IMG/VR virus record: IMGVR_UViG_3300030102_006999
DNA from: an uncultured virus (IMG/VR IMGVR_UViG_3300030102_006999)
Lineage: Duplodnaviria > Heunggongvirae > Uroviricota > Caudoviricetes
Direction: 5' to 3' (one strand)
Length of the DNA stretch: 50,788 nt
The position numbers and the translations under genes are program-made. Of the stretch, positions 28,145 through 41,100 are shown piece after piece. The notes below the pieces were generated by a model. That model searched no databases. It was given only the letters and a program-made list of their open reading frames with translations, and had not been told where the DNA came from. Position 1 is the first letter of the stretch; each line of letters starts with the position of its first letter.

Positions 28145-29941
28145 ATGGCTAACAAGAAAACTCCAATAAATTATACTAGTAGAGATTTTTCTTCTATTAA
28201 ACAAGACTTAATAAATTACGCAAAAAGGTCATACTCGGAAACTTATAAAGATTTTAATCAATCTTCGTTTGGTTCTCTGATGCTAGATACAGTATCCTAT
28301 GTTGGAGATATTTTATCTTTTTATTTAGACTATCAAGTAAATGAATCCTTTTTAGATACAGCCGCTGAATATTCTAATGTTAGTAGACTATCTAGACAAT
28401 TTGGCTTTAGAATGGATGGCTTTCCTTCTGCTACTGGTATTGCAGAATATTTTATAGTAGTGCCTTCAAATAGTACAGCAATTGGTCCGGACATGAGATA
28501 TGCTCCAATATTAAAACCCGGAAGTCAATTCTCTACACAATCAGGCGCCCCATTTTTATCGATAGATTCAGTTAATTTTGCTAATCCAAACAATGAAGTA
28601 GTAGTAGCAAAAGTTAATCCGTCAACAGGTACCCCTACTTTTTATGCTATTCGAGCAAAAGGTAGAGTTATTTCTGGGAAAATCGTAGAAGAGACTTTTA
28701 ATATAGGGGAATATCAAAGATTTAGAAGAATAATGCTTTCTTTACCTAGGGTATCTGAAGTTCTTTCTGTTATAGATGAGGATGGTAACGAGTACTATAA
28801 TGTAGAAAATCTTTCTCAAGATATAATTTACAAAAATGTTTCAAATAAGATGGACAACAGAGACACAGTAAGTGACTTGTTGAGACCGTTTTCTGTACCC
28901 AGAAGATTTGTTGTAGAAAGAGAGGGTCGCTTTTCTTATTTACAGTTTGGATACGGGTCTCAAGACGAGGCCTCTTCAGAAGCCGATGTCGCCGAGCCTT
29001 CAAATGTGGTATTAAAAATGAATGGAAAACAATATATATCAGATATGAATTTCGATCCATCGAGACTTATTAAGACAGACAAATTTGGAGTTGCCCCGGT
29101 TAACACAACTTTGACAGTAAGATATCGTGTTAATTCTGTAGAAAACGTTAATGCGCCGGTCGCGACACTAACAACTGTGAATAACGCTGCTTTTTCTTTT
29201 AGGGGCGTACGCCAATTAAACCCACAGATACTAAATCAAGTTAGAGAATCTTTAGAAATATTTAATCCCGATCCAATTGTTGGAGATGTTACTGAACCAA
29301 CATCTGAAGAGCTTAGAATAAGAACTAAAGATTCTTTTGCCACTCAAAATAGAGCAGTTACTAAAAAAGATTATGAATCTATGGTATACTCTATGCCAAA
29401 TAAATTCGGCGCTATAAAAAGATGCAAAATAACAAGAGATCCAGACTCCTTTAAAAGAAATTTAAATCTATATATTTTATCAGAAGATTCCGGAGGTAAG
29501 TTAACGCTTGCAAACCAAACACTTAAACAAAACTTAAAAGTTTGGCTAAATAGTGTCAAAATGATTAATGATACTATAGATATTATTGATGGCAAAATTG
29601 TAAACTTATCTATTGATTTCAAAATAATATCAGATGTTGATAAAAATAAATACGACGTTTTAGACTCTTGTGTTAATGCTCTAAAGGTCAAGTTCGAACA
29701 ACCGCTACTAATCGGAGAGCCATTTTATATAACGGATGTATATACTTGTTTAAATGAAGTTCCGGGAGTTGTAGATACAGAGTCAGTAAAAATAAATATT
29801 AAAAATGGTTTAAGTTACTCGGATACAAGATTTAACTTAGAAACTCAAAAATCAGCAGATGGAAGGTACATTAAAGCACCAGATAATGTTGCTTTTGAAA
29901 TAAAAATTCCTAATCAAGACATTAAAGGTACGGTTAAATAA
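28145..29941 (+). CDS. gp6: Baseplate wedge protein, T4 gp6 / Baseplate-J family
   Basis: YTSRDFSSIK, NESFLDTA, QFGYG, QNRAVTKKDY. Confidence 0.9.
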   Translation: MANKKTPINYTSRDFSSIKQDLINYAKRSYSETYKDFNQSSFGSLMLDTVSYVGDILSFYLDYQVNESFLDTAAEYSNVSRLSRQFGFRMDGFPSATGIAEYFIVVPSNSTAIGPDMRYAPILKPGSQFSTQSGAPFLSIDSVNFANPNNEVVVAKVNPSTGTPTFYAIRAKGRVISGKIVEETFNIGEYQRFRRIMLSLPRVSEVLSVIDEDGNEYYNVENLSQDIIYKNVSNKMDNRDTVSDLLRPFSVPRRFVVEREGRFSYLQFGYGSQDEASSEADVAEPSNVVLKMNGKQYISDMNFDPSRLIKTDKFGVAPVNTTLTVRYRVNSVENVNAPVATLTTVNNAAFSFRGVRQLNPQILNQVRESLEIFNPDPIVGDVTEPTSEELRIRTKDSFATQNRAVTKKDYESMVYSMPNKFGAIKRCKITRDPDSFKRNLNLYILSEDSGGKLTLANQTLKQNLKVWLNSVKMINDTIDIIDGKIVNLSIDFKIISDVDKNKYDVLDSCVNALKVKFEQPLLIGEPFYITDVYTCLNEVPGVVDTESVKINIKNGLSYSDTRFNLETQKSADGRYIKAPDNVAFEIKIPNQDIKGTVK

Positions 29942-32196
29942 TGGCTATTAAAAAATATTTTGCTAACAAAGATAATACGATAACGAGTGCTTTTAGATCA
30001 AACTTATCGACACGAGGTACTGGGTCCAATATGGGCTTATCTGACATTTTAGAGACGTTTTCTATTTATGGTCAGGCAAGTTCTGATTCTACGGAACTAC
30101 AGAGAATATTAATTGAATTTCCAGTAGAAGACATTATCCAAGATAGGGCAGCTGGAACTATACCCGCCGGAGGCTCTGTAAGTTTTTATTTAAAAATGTA
30201 TAACGCAAAACATAGCCAAACTACACCAAAAGAATTAAAACTTGTGGTTTCTCCTATTTCTAGTTCTTGGCAAGAAGGTATTGGCTTAGATATGTCAGAA
30301 TACCAAGACGTCACAAAGAATGGAGAAGGCTCCAACTGGATTAACTCATCTGCGAATACTCCGTGGTTAAGAGAGGGGGGTGATTATTTATCATCTCCCG
30401 TATATTCTCAAACATTTTCGCAGGGAGACGAAGATTTAGAAATAAATATTACTAGTTTAGTAGATCAGTGGATTAATGGCAGTATTCCAAATTATGGAGT
30501 AGGTGTCCACCTAACATCTAGTCAAGAAGCTTATTATAATAAGTACTATCCTAGAGAGTCTGTTCAGTTTGATACACAAGCATTTTTATCTGGCTCTGCG
30601 CAAGATATGGAACTTACTGGCCCATCAACATTTTCTATGTGGGTAAAGCCAGACTCTATTGGTACAACACGATATATGTTATTTTGGCAGCAGGAATTGT
30701 TTGAGTCTTTCGGTCGAGTTTTATATGCAAATGCTCTCGGAGAATTAGTCTATAATAGAAATTACCTAAGACCAACTCCTCCCGGCGGCAACTCTCAAGC
30801 AAGTTACAAGACTGATAGCACACTGACAGCAGGTCAGTGGTCTCACATAGTTGTAGTAGACAGAGCAGATAATACAACACCAGAAATTTATATTGATGGC
30901 GCCCTAGATCCTTTATCTGCAATCACGCCAGCCACCCCTGATGTTATAGGAGTCGCGACAAACTATGATATGTTTGCTATCGGCGGCTCAAGAACTGGAG
31001 ATGCAAATAACTGGCTAGGACTAATCGATGATGTAGCTCATTTTGACAAAGCCCTTACTGAATCTGAAGTAAGCGAAATATATAATAGTGGCTGTCCTGT
31101 CGACATAAAAGAAACATCGGCTTATAGTAAAATCCAAAATTGGTGGGTTCACGGAGACGATCCAAGAGATGCTATTGAGCTTGGCACTCCGCCAACAACA
31201 ATAAGCATTCACGACAGAGCAGGTACATTGAATATGTACGCCACTGGATCTGGCGGAATGTCAATACAGGAAGGTAAGTGTTACGGACAAAACGGAACAG
31301 TTCCGGTGGGAACAGACGAAATAATAAACAGAGATGGTGCTACAACTTCTTATTATACAAAAAAGTTTTTTGCAAGAGGCTCCGAGTTTTTCTATAAAAG
31401 ACCTGTTATAGAAGCAAGATGGGATAGCTCTATAAAAGACGATAGAGGAAACGTACATAACGAAAGTATCCTACTACCATCTTCTGATAATACGAACTCT
31501 ATATATTTATACAATTCTCACGACGGAAAACTAGTAGATATTCCGGGCGCTGGCACAGGCGTTGGAGCTATGGTAGTTAAATTTTATGATACCGAAGAAT
31601 CAAGTGATGGTGAAATCACTGACACAACTCCCTCAACAGTGACGGCAGATAGAGTATCTAAAGGTATTTATAGGGCTTCATTTATTATAAATACAACAGC
31701 ATCGATAGGTTATGATAGGTGGTTCAACTCTACTCAAACCGCTTGCTACCATACCGGTAGTTTTCATATTAATGAAAGATCTGCCAAAGGACATAATCCA
31801 TATCCAGACTATGTAGTTTCTTTGCAAAACTTGAGATCGATATATTATTCTCACGAAACTGCAAGATTTAGATTTTACATTAGAGAAAAAGATTGGAGCC
31901 CTACTATTTATACAGTAGCAACTACAGAAACAGACACATTAACTATGCAGTCTTCTTCTTATCAAATCCATAGGTTAATTGATGATATGATAGTAGTACC
32001 ATTTGATACATCTACAGACAATAGCACTATGATGTCATATGATGTGAGTGGAAATTACTTTGATTTTGACATGGACATCCTAGAGCCGGGTTATTCTTAT
32101 GGAGTAAAGGTAGCATTTTATGATGATTCAGTAGAAAGCTATGTAGAGCAAACTCCCATCTGGAAATTTAGAGTTGAAAATCTGGAATCAAAATGA
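29941..32196 (+). CDS. Virion protein with a DNRLRE-like beta-sandwich and an inserted LamG (ConA-like) domain
   Basis: DNTI...RILIEF...WQEG...GGD...ITSLVDQW...NYG...F.RGSE..RPVIE. LamG motifs FSMWVKP, WSHIVV, IYIDG, IDDVAHFDKALT at ~30556-31290. Confidence 0.7.
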   Translation: MAIKKYFANKDNTITSAFRSNLSTRGTGSNMGLSDILETFSIYGQASSDSTELQRILIEFPVEDIIQDRAAGTIPAGGSVSFYLKMYNAKHSQTTPKELKLVVSPISSSWQEGIGLDMSEYQDVTKNGEGSNWINSSANTPWLREGGDYLSSPVYSQTFSQGDEDLEINITSLVDQWINGSIPNYGVGVHLTSSQEAYYNKYYPRESVQFDTQAFLSGSAQDMELTGPSTFSMWVKPDSIGTTRYMLFWQQELFESFGRVLYANALGELVYNRNYLRPTPPGGNSQASYKTDSTLTAGQWSHIVVVDRADNTTPEIYIDGALDPLSAITPATPDVIGVATNYDMFAIGGSRTGDANNWLGLIDDVAHFDKALTESEVSEIYNSGCPVDIKETSAYSKIQNWWVHGDDPRDAIELGTPPTTISIHDRAGTLNMYATGSGGMSIQEGKCYGQNGTVPVGTDEIINRDGATTSYYTKKFFARGSEFFYKRPVIEARWDSSIKDDRGNVHNESILLPSSDNTNSIYLYNSHDGKLVDIPGAGTGVGAMVVKFYDTEESSDGEITDTTPSTVTADRVSKGIYRASFIINTTASIGYDRWFNSTQTACYHTGSFHINERSAKGHNPYPDYVVSLQNLRSIYYSHETARFRFYIREKDWSPTIYTVATTETDTLTMQSSSYQIHRLIDDMIVVPFDTSTDNSTMMSYDVSGNYFDFDMDILEPGYSYGVKVAFYDDSVESYVEQTPIWKFRVENLESK

Positions 32197-35100
32197 CAAC
32201 AAGAGATCTTTTTACCAAAAAAACACCATATAAAATACTATCTTCCGAAACGCTAGATAAAATATCTGAAAACGTAGAATCTGCAGACAACATCAATCAA
32301 AGATTAGAAGAGAAAAATAGGTTTATTCCGGTAGTAAACTTTGAGTATCCTGAAAATTTTGCTAAATATGGAAAAGCAGAGGAATATTATAGAAATTCGT
32401 TTACAAGAATTCAAGATGATTATCCATATGATGGGTCTTTAAAAGAAAAAACAGAGTTTAGAAATCAATCTTCTTATTTAGATCTGTATTTACTAGACAA
32501 TAAGTATCCTAGGACAACGGGCCATGCTATTTTTTCTCCTAACGGATGGGGTACTGTTGCAGCCTCAACACCCACAACTCCAAGTGGGTATATTGGTTTA
32601 TCAGATAGTCCCGAATACGTTTACATCAAGGGTGGACCCAACCAAGCCCCTGAACAATTTTTAGACAAGCCATTAAAAAATCAGTTTGAAAAAGCCAACA
32701 AGTACGATCCTGACTTAAACCGACAGTCAAACCTAAAAATGGATTTCGAGGAAGGAATAACCGTAGAATTTTGGATGGAAAAGCCGGTTCTTATGAATAC
32801 TTCTTCTTATCCTCTTGCTGGAACTAGTATTGAAATACCCTTTATGGTATCTAATCAGACTTCAGGATCGTTCGCTGTACTTATAAATACATCAGATACG
32901 TCTCCTACTGCCGCTCCGTTTTCTATTCTTGCTACCTCCGGATCTACATCGGCTATTGTAAATATTCCATCTATTACTAATGCTGATTATCTTGCAGCCG
33001 GCTGGCACCATTTTGCTTTCTCTGTAAAATCCACGGGCGCCTCTCTATCTTTATCGGCTTATTTGGATGGAGAATCAAAAGGGACGTTCGATGCAGGCCC
33101 CGGAACAAACATGGGAGAAGTTACAGGCACCATTAATGCATCTTTGGGCGCCGGTACAACTCTGACATATCCATCTATCGGCCTAGAACTTCCTTTAGAC
33201 GGCTATGGTAAAATATCTGGCTCCATTGATGAGTTTAGGTATTGGAAAACAGAGAGAACACCAGCACAAATTGGAAAATATTGGTTCACGCAGTTCGGTG
33301 GAGGTACCAATACTGACACATCAAATACTGATTTGGGTGTATATTATAAATTTAACGAAGGTATAGTTGAAAATAATTCTATTGATTCAACGGTTCTGGA
33401 CTATTCTGGCAGAATATCTAATGGTAACTGGGTTGGATATTCTAACAACTCCAGATTGACATCTTCTGCTATCGATATTTACCTAGGTAAAAGCAGCGAA
33501 TTTAAAGACCCTATTATATATTCTAGTCATCCTGATGTCATATCTGTAACTAATGAACTTATTTCTCTAGGTATCGATCATGATACAACTAACAACTCTT
33601 CAATTTATAACTCGATTCCGAGCTGGATAACCGAAGAAGATGAGTTGGTGGGGAAAGATTTACTAAAACTTACACAAATACTATCTAGCTATTTTGATTC
33701 TTTGCACATGCAAATTGAAGCTATGCCTAGATTAAAAGATAAGGTCTATAACGACCCGTCTATAATAAAGCCTACAACTTTTTCAAGCAGATTATTGGAA
33801 TCTCAAGGCTTTGTGGCACCGGAAATATTTGCAGAAGCCGATGTTCTAGCCCAGATATTAAAAAGAGATGCTGATAGAAAGTATGAACTAGACTTATACG
33901 ACATCAAGAATGTTATTTATCAAAATGTTTACAACAATATTGTAAATATCTATAAATCTAAGGGTACTGAAAAGTCATTTAGAAACCTAATCCGTTGTTT
34001 TGGTGTAGACGAAGAGCTTATTAGGCTAAACATCTACGGAAATAATGTAGAATATCAAATAAAAGACAATTACAGAGAAACATCTGTAAAGAAAAACTAC
34101 GCTGATTTTAATCACCCGGATAGATTTGCCTCAACGGTATACCAACAAACCGCAAGTGCCGATTTAAACACAACTTCTTATATAAGCGGATCATCTTTAG
34201 CGGAATATGTACCATTCACAGTTGAATGTGAAGTTGTTTTTCCAAAAAAGCTTGAAAAAAGCAACTCAAACTATTTTGAAACACCTTTTGTAACATCTTC
34301 TTTGTTTGGTTTTCATGGTGCTGATAGCTTAACAGATTTTACTTGGCCAACTTTGGCTGCAGACGATGCAAATATACAAGTATACGCGGTTAGAGAAGAA
34401 AGAGAATCTAAAAATATCTATTTTAAACTCTCAAATCGTGCTGGTTCTATTGATATCACAACCCCTATTTATGAAGAAGTATATGATAATAAGAAATGGA
34501 ACCTAACAGTTAGAGTGAGACCAGAGCAGCAGCATGCTGATCTTGTTAGCGGGTCTGCAACAGGCAATCTCGTAGTAGAATTTTCAGGCCTCAACTCGGA
34601 AGCTGGAATAGTTGACGAACAATTCTTCTATACAGCTTCTGTTCCTTCCACTATTCTAACAACAGAGGGAAAAAGACTTTATGCAGGCGCACATAGAACA
34701 AACTTTACAGGGTCTGTTTTAAGTCAGACAGATGTCAAAATCTCTTCTGTGAGATATTGGGCAAGTTATCTGACCGACGACACCTTAAAGACGCACGCTA
34801 GAGATGCTTCCAGCCATGGATCATCTAGTCCCTATCAAAGTTCTTATCTTTGGCCAACTTCTATTGATGGAATTGATGTTCCTCAAGAAGAAACATTGGC
34901 TCTAAACTGGAATTTTGGAAATGTAATCTCTTCTGATTCTGGGATATCTGGTATCCCTACCATTTCTGACGCAGGTTATTATGTAGCAGATATATCTTCT
35001 GGATCACTAGACCTGACATCTAGATATGGATGGCTTGGGAACGTACTAAAATACCAACATACTGGCCGGGGTGACTTTTACATTCCAAATGACAATAAAG

Positions 35101-38100
35101 TTGTCGATGTAAAATACATTTATAGTGGAAAGCTAACAGGCCCAGAAGTTATTCAGTCTTCCGACATGATTAATATACTTGGAGAGTCTGAATTATACTT
35201 CGACAGAGATTCTAGGCCCGTAAACTTTTTCTACGCTATTGAAAAGAGCATGTATCAGACCATTTCAGACGAAATGCTCAAGATGTTTAGCACAATCAAA
35301 GATTTTAGCAACTTAATCGGAGAGCCTGTCAATAGATATAGACAAAACTATAAGTCTATGGAAAAATTAAGGCACTTATTTTTCGAAAATGTAGAAAACA
35401 CTCCTAGTTTAGACAAATATATTGATTTTTATAAGTGGATAGATTCATCTTTGAATGAGATGATTCAGCAGTTAGTACCGATGTCCGCAGATGTTTCTGA
35501 TGAGATAAGAAATATGGTCGAAAGCCATGTCTTAGAAAGAAATAAATATCAAACTAAGTTCCCTACATTAGAATTTACCCCCACAGATCCCAATGCGGGG
35601 ATGCAGGGTATCAACAGATTATTGTATAACTGGAAATATGACCACCACCCTGTCAGTAACCAACAGAATGAAAACTGCAAATGGTGGAAAACTAGAGCAG
35701 ATCGAACAGAAACTCCAGCAATTTCTTCAGGAGATCCTCTAGTAGACGAAGGTCGACAAAGAATATTGGATGTTAAGTTAACTGCCCTAAATAGGAGGTA
35801 CAATACCCCTCTTAGATTGGAAACAGGCCTACAAAGGGCTATTAAGGGCGGCAATAACACTAAAAATGTCAAAGGAATTGACATAACGAGAGTTAACGCC
35901 AAGTTCGGTACAACAGATGGGGTTAGAATCACTAAAGCGGAAAGCCTCGAAGACTGTACAGATGTTTTAGATCCAAATAAGAAAAATTATGTGTCCCTAT
36001 GGACAAAAGATGTTCCTGATGAAGAATATCTGAATGCCTATGGCAAAACAGTATTGCCCCTTGAAGCTAAGTTTTCTGATGCCAATTTAACATATGTTGG
36101 CGGAGGTACAGCGATTGTAAATACTCATAGAGATGTCTATGGTCCAGATGCAGAAACCCCAGCACAAGGCCCTTTCACAAATCAACACGTCGGCGGTTTT
36201 CCGTTCCGACATGTTCCTGTAAACGATGGGACTGATAGCAGTTTAAACAGAATAGAAGGCTGGAAATATGACATATCTGGCGGATTCCGCTTCATATATC
36301 AAGACGCAGACAAACCACGAGCCGTCTATTATCGAGACGAAACAGCGAAGCGTCCACTTAATATTAAGAATATAAAAGGTGCTTACGGAAACTTTACTAA
36401 AAACTGGGAAGTGGTCCAGTCTGCCGGTAGAATGATGAATAATAAAGCATGGGTTTCTGCCGAAGGTTGGGATTTACACCCAGAAGGAACTCCTTCTACT
36501 TGGGTTTCTGGACTAAGTGACACTCCTAAAATACAAAGAGGTAGAAATGAGTCAGTTATTGTTTCTAGATTTTCTGCTCCCGGTGGACCCGATACAATGG
36601 GAGACTCAAATGGCGGTCCGGGCTTAGATTATTTATCAGCAGAATATTCGTTCAATAACGATATGAATGCTCGAAATTGGGATGTACGAAGCGCCAATCA
36701 ACTTTTTTTGACATCTCATGTAAATCAGTTTGGTTTTTTCTCGAATGAGGGAAATCTTTTGGATGCTGGCTCATCGGAAGTCACACCTTTGGATTATTCT
36801 GGAACAGGATCCATATATCAAGTCAATAGGAACACTCTTAGAAGACTAGAGATGAGCGGAACTGCAAAAATAACTGGAAGCCAACACGACAATTTTTACA
36901 TTCAACATTCAATACCAAGGTCTGACCTTAATTATAGTTGGGTCAACTCTTCGTATGTGACAGTTGATCCTTCGGCTTTGGGCTATTGGACCGAAGGTCT
37001 TTTTGACTATACAGCAAAAGTAGCAACAGTTTACCGAGAAGACTTTACATCATCATTTGGATCAGAATGGAATGTAGTAAACGAGGTAGTGCCACGTAAA
37101 TCTAAAAATTCAGACAACTGGGTGGCCAGATTTGGAGATTGGACCGAATCCGGCGCCGGATCAAATAGAATATTGGCCCTAACAACTGATTTTGAGTTGC
37201 CAATTCAAATCTCTTATGAGTATGCAAGAGGGCAATATGAAAATAGACAGAACAAAGTATTTGCCACATTTGGTGAAAATACATCAGGAGCATATACTGT
37301 ACTTTCGGGATCAGGAAAGTGTGTTGATACATGGGGAACAACAGCTCCGCCGCCCGGTAAGAATGATACATTTACAATATCTTTTTGGTTCAAGCCAGCT
37401 AGCAGCACGTTTACGAATCAGCAGTTTTTATTTTCTTGGGATGACCAAACAAGTAATAATGCTCCCGCTCGTCTATACATAACACCTACAGAAATAGGAT
37501 ATTATCAAGAATACACTGGTGGCACAAGCTTAAATATTGAAGCGATACATACCCATTCATCCTCTGAATGGACACATGTCACATTAACTCACGACGTTGG
37601 ATCTGCCAATGCTGGTGATTTGCCAACTTTATACATAAATGGAGTCTCTGCTTCTCTTAACGTGCAATCTAATACCGTCACGGGCACTGGAGAACTTGGA
37701 AAAGACTTTACATCCTTCATTATCGGAGGCAGAGATCCATATAATACTGTATCCGCACCAGATGCCTACCCAAACTATTGTTATACGGGATCTGTTGATA
37801 ATATATATTGGCACGCAGATATTCTATTACCAGAACAAATTGAAGAGTTATATAATAACGGATTCCCACCCAATGTCGAAAACTTATCGTTTTTTGTCGG
37901 ATTCAATGACGCACCCAACTATCCAAATCATTACTTAAATATAGGTGAAAACATCAATGATCGAAAGAATTATGTTAATGATATTGCCTCCCCGCCCCCT
38001 CCACCCAACTACACCGTTTATGACTTTGAGGGTTTTAATCCTGCTAACCAATTAAACTTCTTTGCATTGCAGAACAGTTCTGCTTTCGGGATTGATGACA

Positions 38101-41100
38101 CGCTTTTTACCCTTGAGGAATATCCCGGATATAATATGACAAGTCCAAGTCCTTCTGCTGGACAAACATTAAAGTTACAATACAGTACAGATTTAGGTTC
38201 AAACTGGCAAGATCTTGAGATATTGGATGATTCAAATCTTTTCCAAGGAAGAGATGTGGGATTCATTACAAGGACAGCAAATCTTTACCCTTCCGCAACA
38301 GAAACTACTGCAAGAATCAGATTTATTCAAACATCGTATACAAACGCTAAAAGAGATAACTGGGCAGTCAATTCGGTCCAAATAGACAGAACTTTTGTTA
38401 TTAACCCTGTCACATTCTCGCCGTATTCTGATTATGTATCTTACTTTAATGATCCAGATTATCAATTTGGCAAAGATCGATCCGCATTAGGATCAGATCC
38501 GATGTTCTTGCCAACAACATATAATGGATTAAATTACAACATTTACGAACCAATAACGGGACTAAATAATCTTACTTTAGGTTATGATTCTTCGGCAACC
38601 TTGGCAGATTATGTAAATGAAGATATGTTTCAAGCTTTGTCTATCGATTTCGAAGCCGCAACACTGAATGCGCTACTTCTAAAAAGAAATGGCCCTTACG
38701 GATACCCTATTTTCAAACAGGTTAGAACTGGCGAGCATGCAATCGCAAGAAGCTTGAGAAGAAATAACCTTATTGCTTGCACTCAAGAGCCGGGTAGCAC
38801 AATTGACCTGAACGGACAGCAATACATAGAAAAATATGGAAAAACAACAGTCTGTCGCGAGCCTTCCGTAAACTCAAGTTTTGGAACATTAGATTATTTG
38901 CTAGGCTTCAGAGTTTCTACAGAAACAAAGGGTAAAAATCCGGAATACTTAGTGCGCCCTGTGCAAATTAAGACTACATATGGAAACAATCTTGGATATT
39001 TCTCTAGTCCAATCTTAAATGTGTGTGCAGATTATGACAAAACCGGATTATCTTCTCAACCACAAGCTTACGACACGATTAAGGGGCTGTACTTGGATGG
39101 GGCGCTTAACGATGTCAATAGTCCAGTTTACAGCTTGATAAGTTTAAAATACTCCGAAAGAGTATTCCCTGCCGAGCTAAACTCATATTCTGGAATAAAC
39201 AGAAAAAGGACAGACTATATAGAAAGATTTTGGAAAGATGATATAAGAAACAGAATTATTCTGGGAAGAACAAAGTTCTACAATGCAAGAAGAAACTCTG
39301 CAAATAAATTTATTAATCAACAATCTTCTTGGGCAATAGACGCAAACTCTTGGTTTACATATCAGACTTTACCAGTTACTGGTTCAGAAGTTTCCGGATC
39401 TACTAGAATCGGACTGTGTAATCCTATTGCGAAAATATCACGAGCTGGAGGTTCTAGCGTCGAAGAACAAAATGCAGCTTCCGGCGAGCTTCAGAACGGC
39501 TATGTTTTCCAATGGAAACACTGGGAGTCGGACCCTGATGGTGGCACAGGATTTTTCCCTGTACCCGAATACCGTCCCAATGATCTTAGGATGGGCGCCC
39601 TATATTCAAGAAAGCAAGATGTGCACTCATATTATTCTGTAGTGAATCCTAGTGGTATGGAGTTTATAAATGTCAATTTAACAAGTTCTAATTACTTAAA
39701 TGATTTTGAATTATCCTTATCTTCAACAGAAAACCCAACAGGCCCCGGACTTCATGATGGGGATACAATCGGCTGGATCAATGGTGCTGTTGGTGCCGCT
39801 AAGTTTGAAACAGCAGATTTGGCTGGCAAAATAATCAATAACCAATTTGTCTCTGAATCTCAAAATCCATTTGATAATGACTACGATCAATATAACAAAG
39901 AAATGATATTGAAAAATAAAGATTATTCTGTAGTTCCAGAATTCAAGATTAGCGATCATATGAAATTTTATTTTGAAGAAAAGGGTCGCGACTTTTTGAC
40001 AGATAATCCATCTCAACTTAATATTCATGGTACCACTCTATCATCTTCGACGGACGATTTTTATACTACATATTCTTTCAGCGACTTCATGAAATACTTT
40101 GAAGTTATCGATTCGGATCATTCCAAGATGGATGATTTAGATAAAACCTTGACATTGAGATGCTCTGCTATTAAGAAGTTTTTGCCATACGATGGATTCT
40201 ATCCCGCAGAGAGAACTTTGGAAATATCAAATTTATTCCAAGAGAATTATTACACCTACATGTCAGAATCTGTACCTCCATTATTGGCAGGAGATTCAGC
40301 ACAAAGACCAATTATATCGGCATTTACCTCTCCGGGTATTCTTTATAACACGATTAAATCAGGAATAGCAGTTGACTATCCAATATATACATCTTCATAC
40401 GGTACTGTTAACTATTCTGCGATTGATCATTTATCCCAGTCACATGATACTAGCTATTACGCGCTAGGTACCGGATCACGAGGGCATCAGGGATGGGATT
40501 ATAGAGTTCCCTTCGAAGCCATATTAGCGCCAGAAATAGTAAATGGCATAAAATTTTATGATATGGAGCCAAATCCGGAAGTGAAACTACCTGCTGCTGG
40601 TTCGAACGACCATGTGATTACTGCTTTGGTGGCACCAGTAGACGATAACCTATATAAAAGAGCTATGTCAAACTTCTTGGCTGAAACTTCAGAATTTTTC
40701 CTAGATAAAGGCTTGTCAACTTTTGTATCGGATGTAGATGATGGAGGATATTTCTTTGAATCTGGATCTTACGGTATGAGAATACGCCTAAGAAGAAGTA
40801 TGAATAAACAAAGAACATCGGGAATCTCTTTCCCGGTACCACAAGACTCTCCGCAAGATGAGGGCTTACATGAGACAATTACTATGTATTCTAGGCCAAC
40901 AGCTTTTGGTCCAGCAGTTGCAGGATCAGACAATTTCTTCATGACAGGATCCCAAAGTACTTCTGGGCTAGATAGATGGCAANNNNNNNNNNGATGGCAA
41001 AACTCTGATAGTCTTTATGGGAAAAATCCATCATTCACACCACCTTACTATGACGGTGAGTGCTGGTATGATATTGTTTACTCTACAAATCAGGCTGAAA

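Noticed and set aside
40983..40992. Insertion with target-site duplication in the giant gene
   Set aside because: GATGGCAA on both sides of the Ns looks like a scaffold overlap; removing 18 nt keeps the frame.
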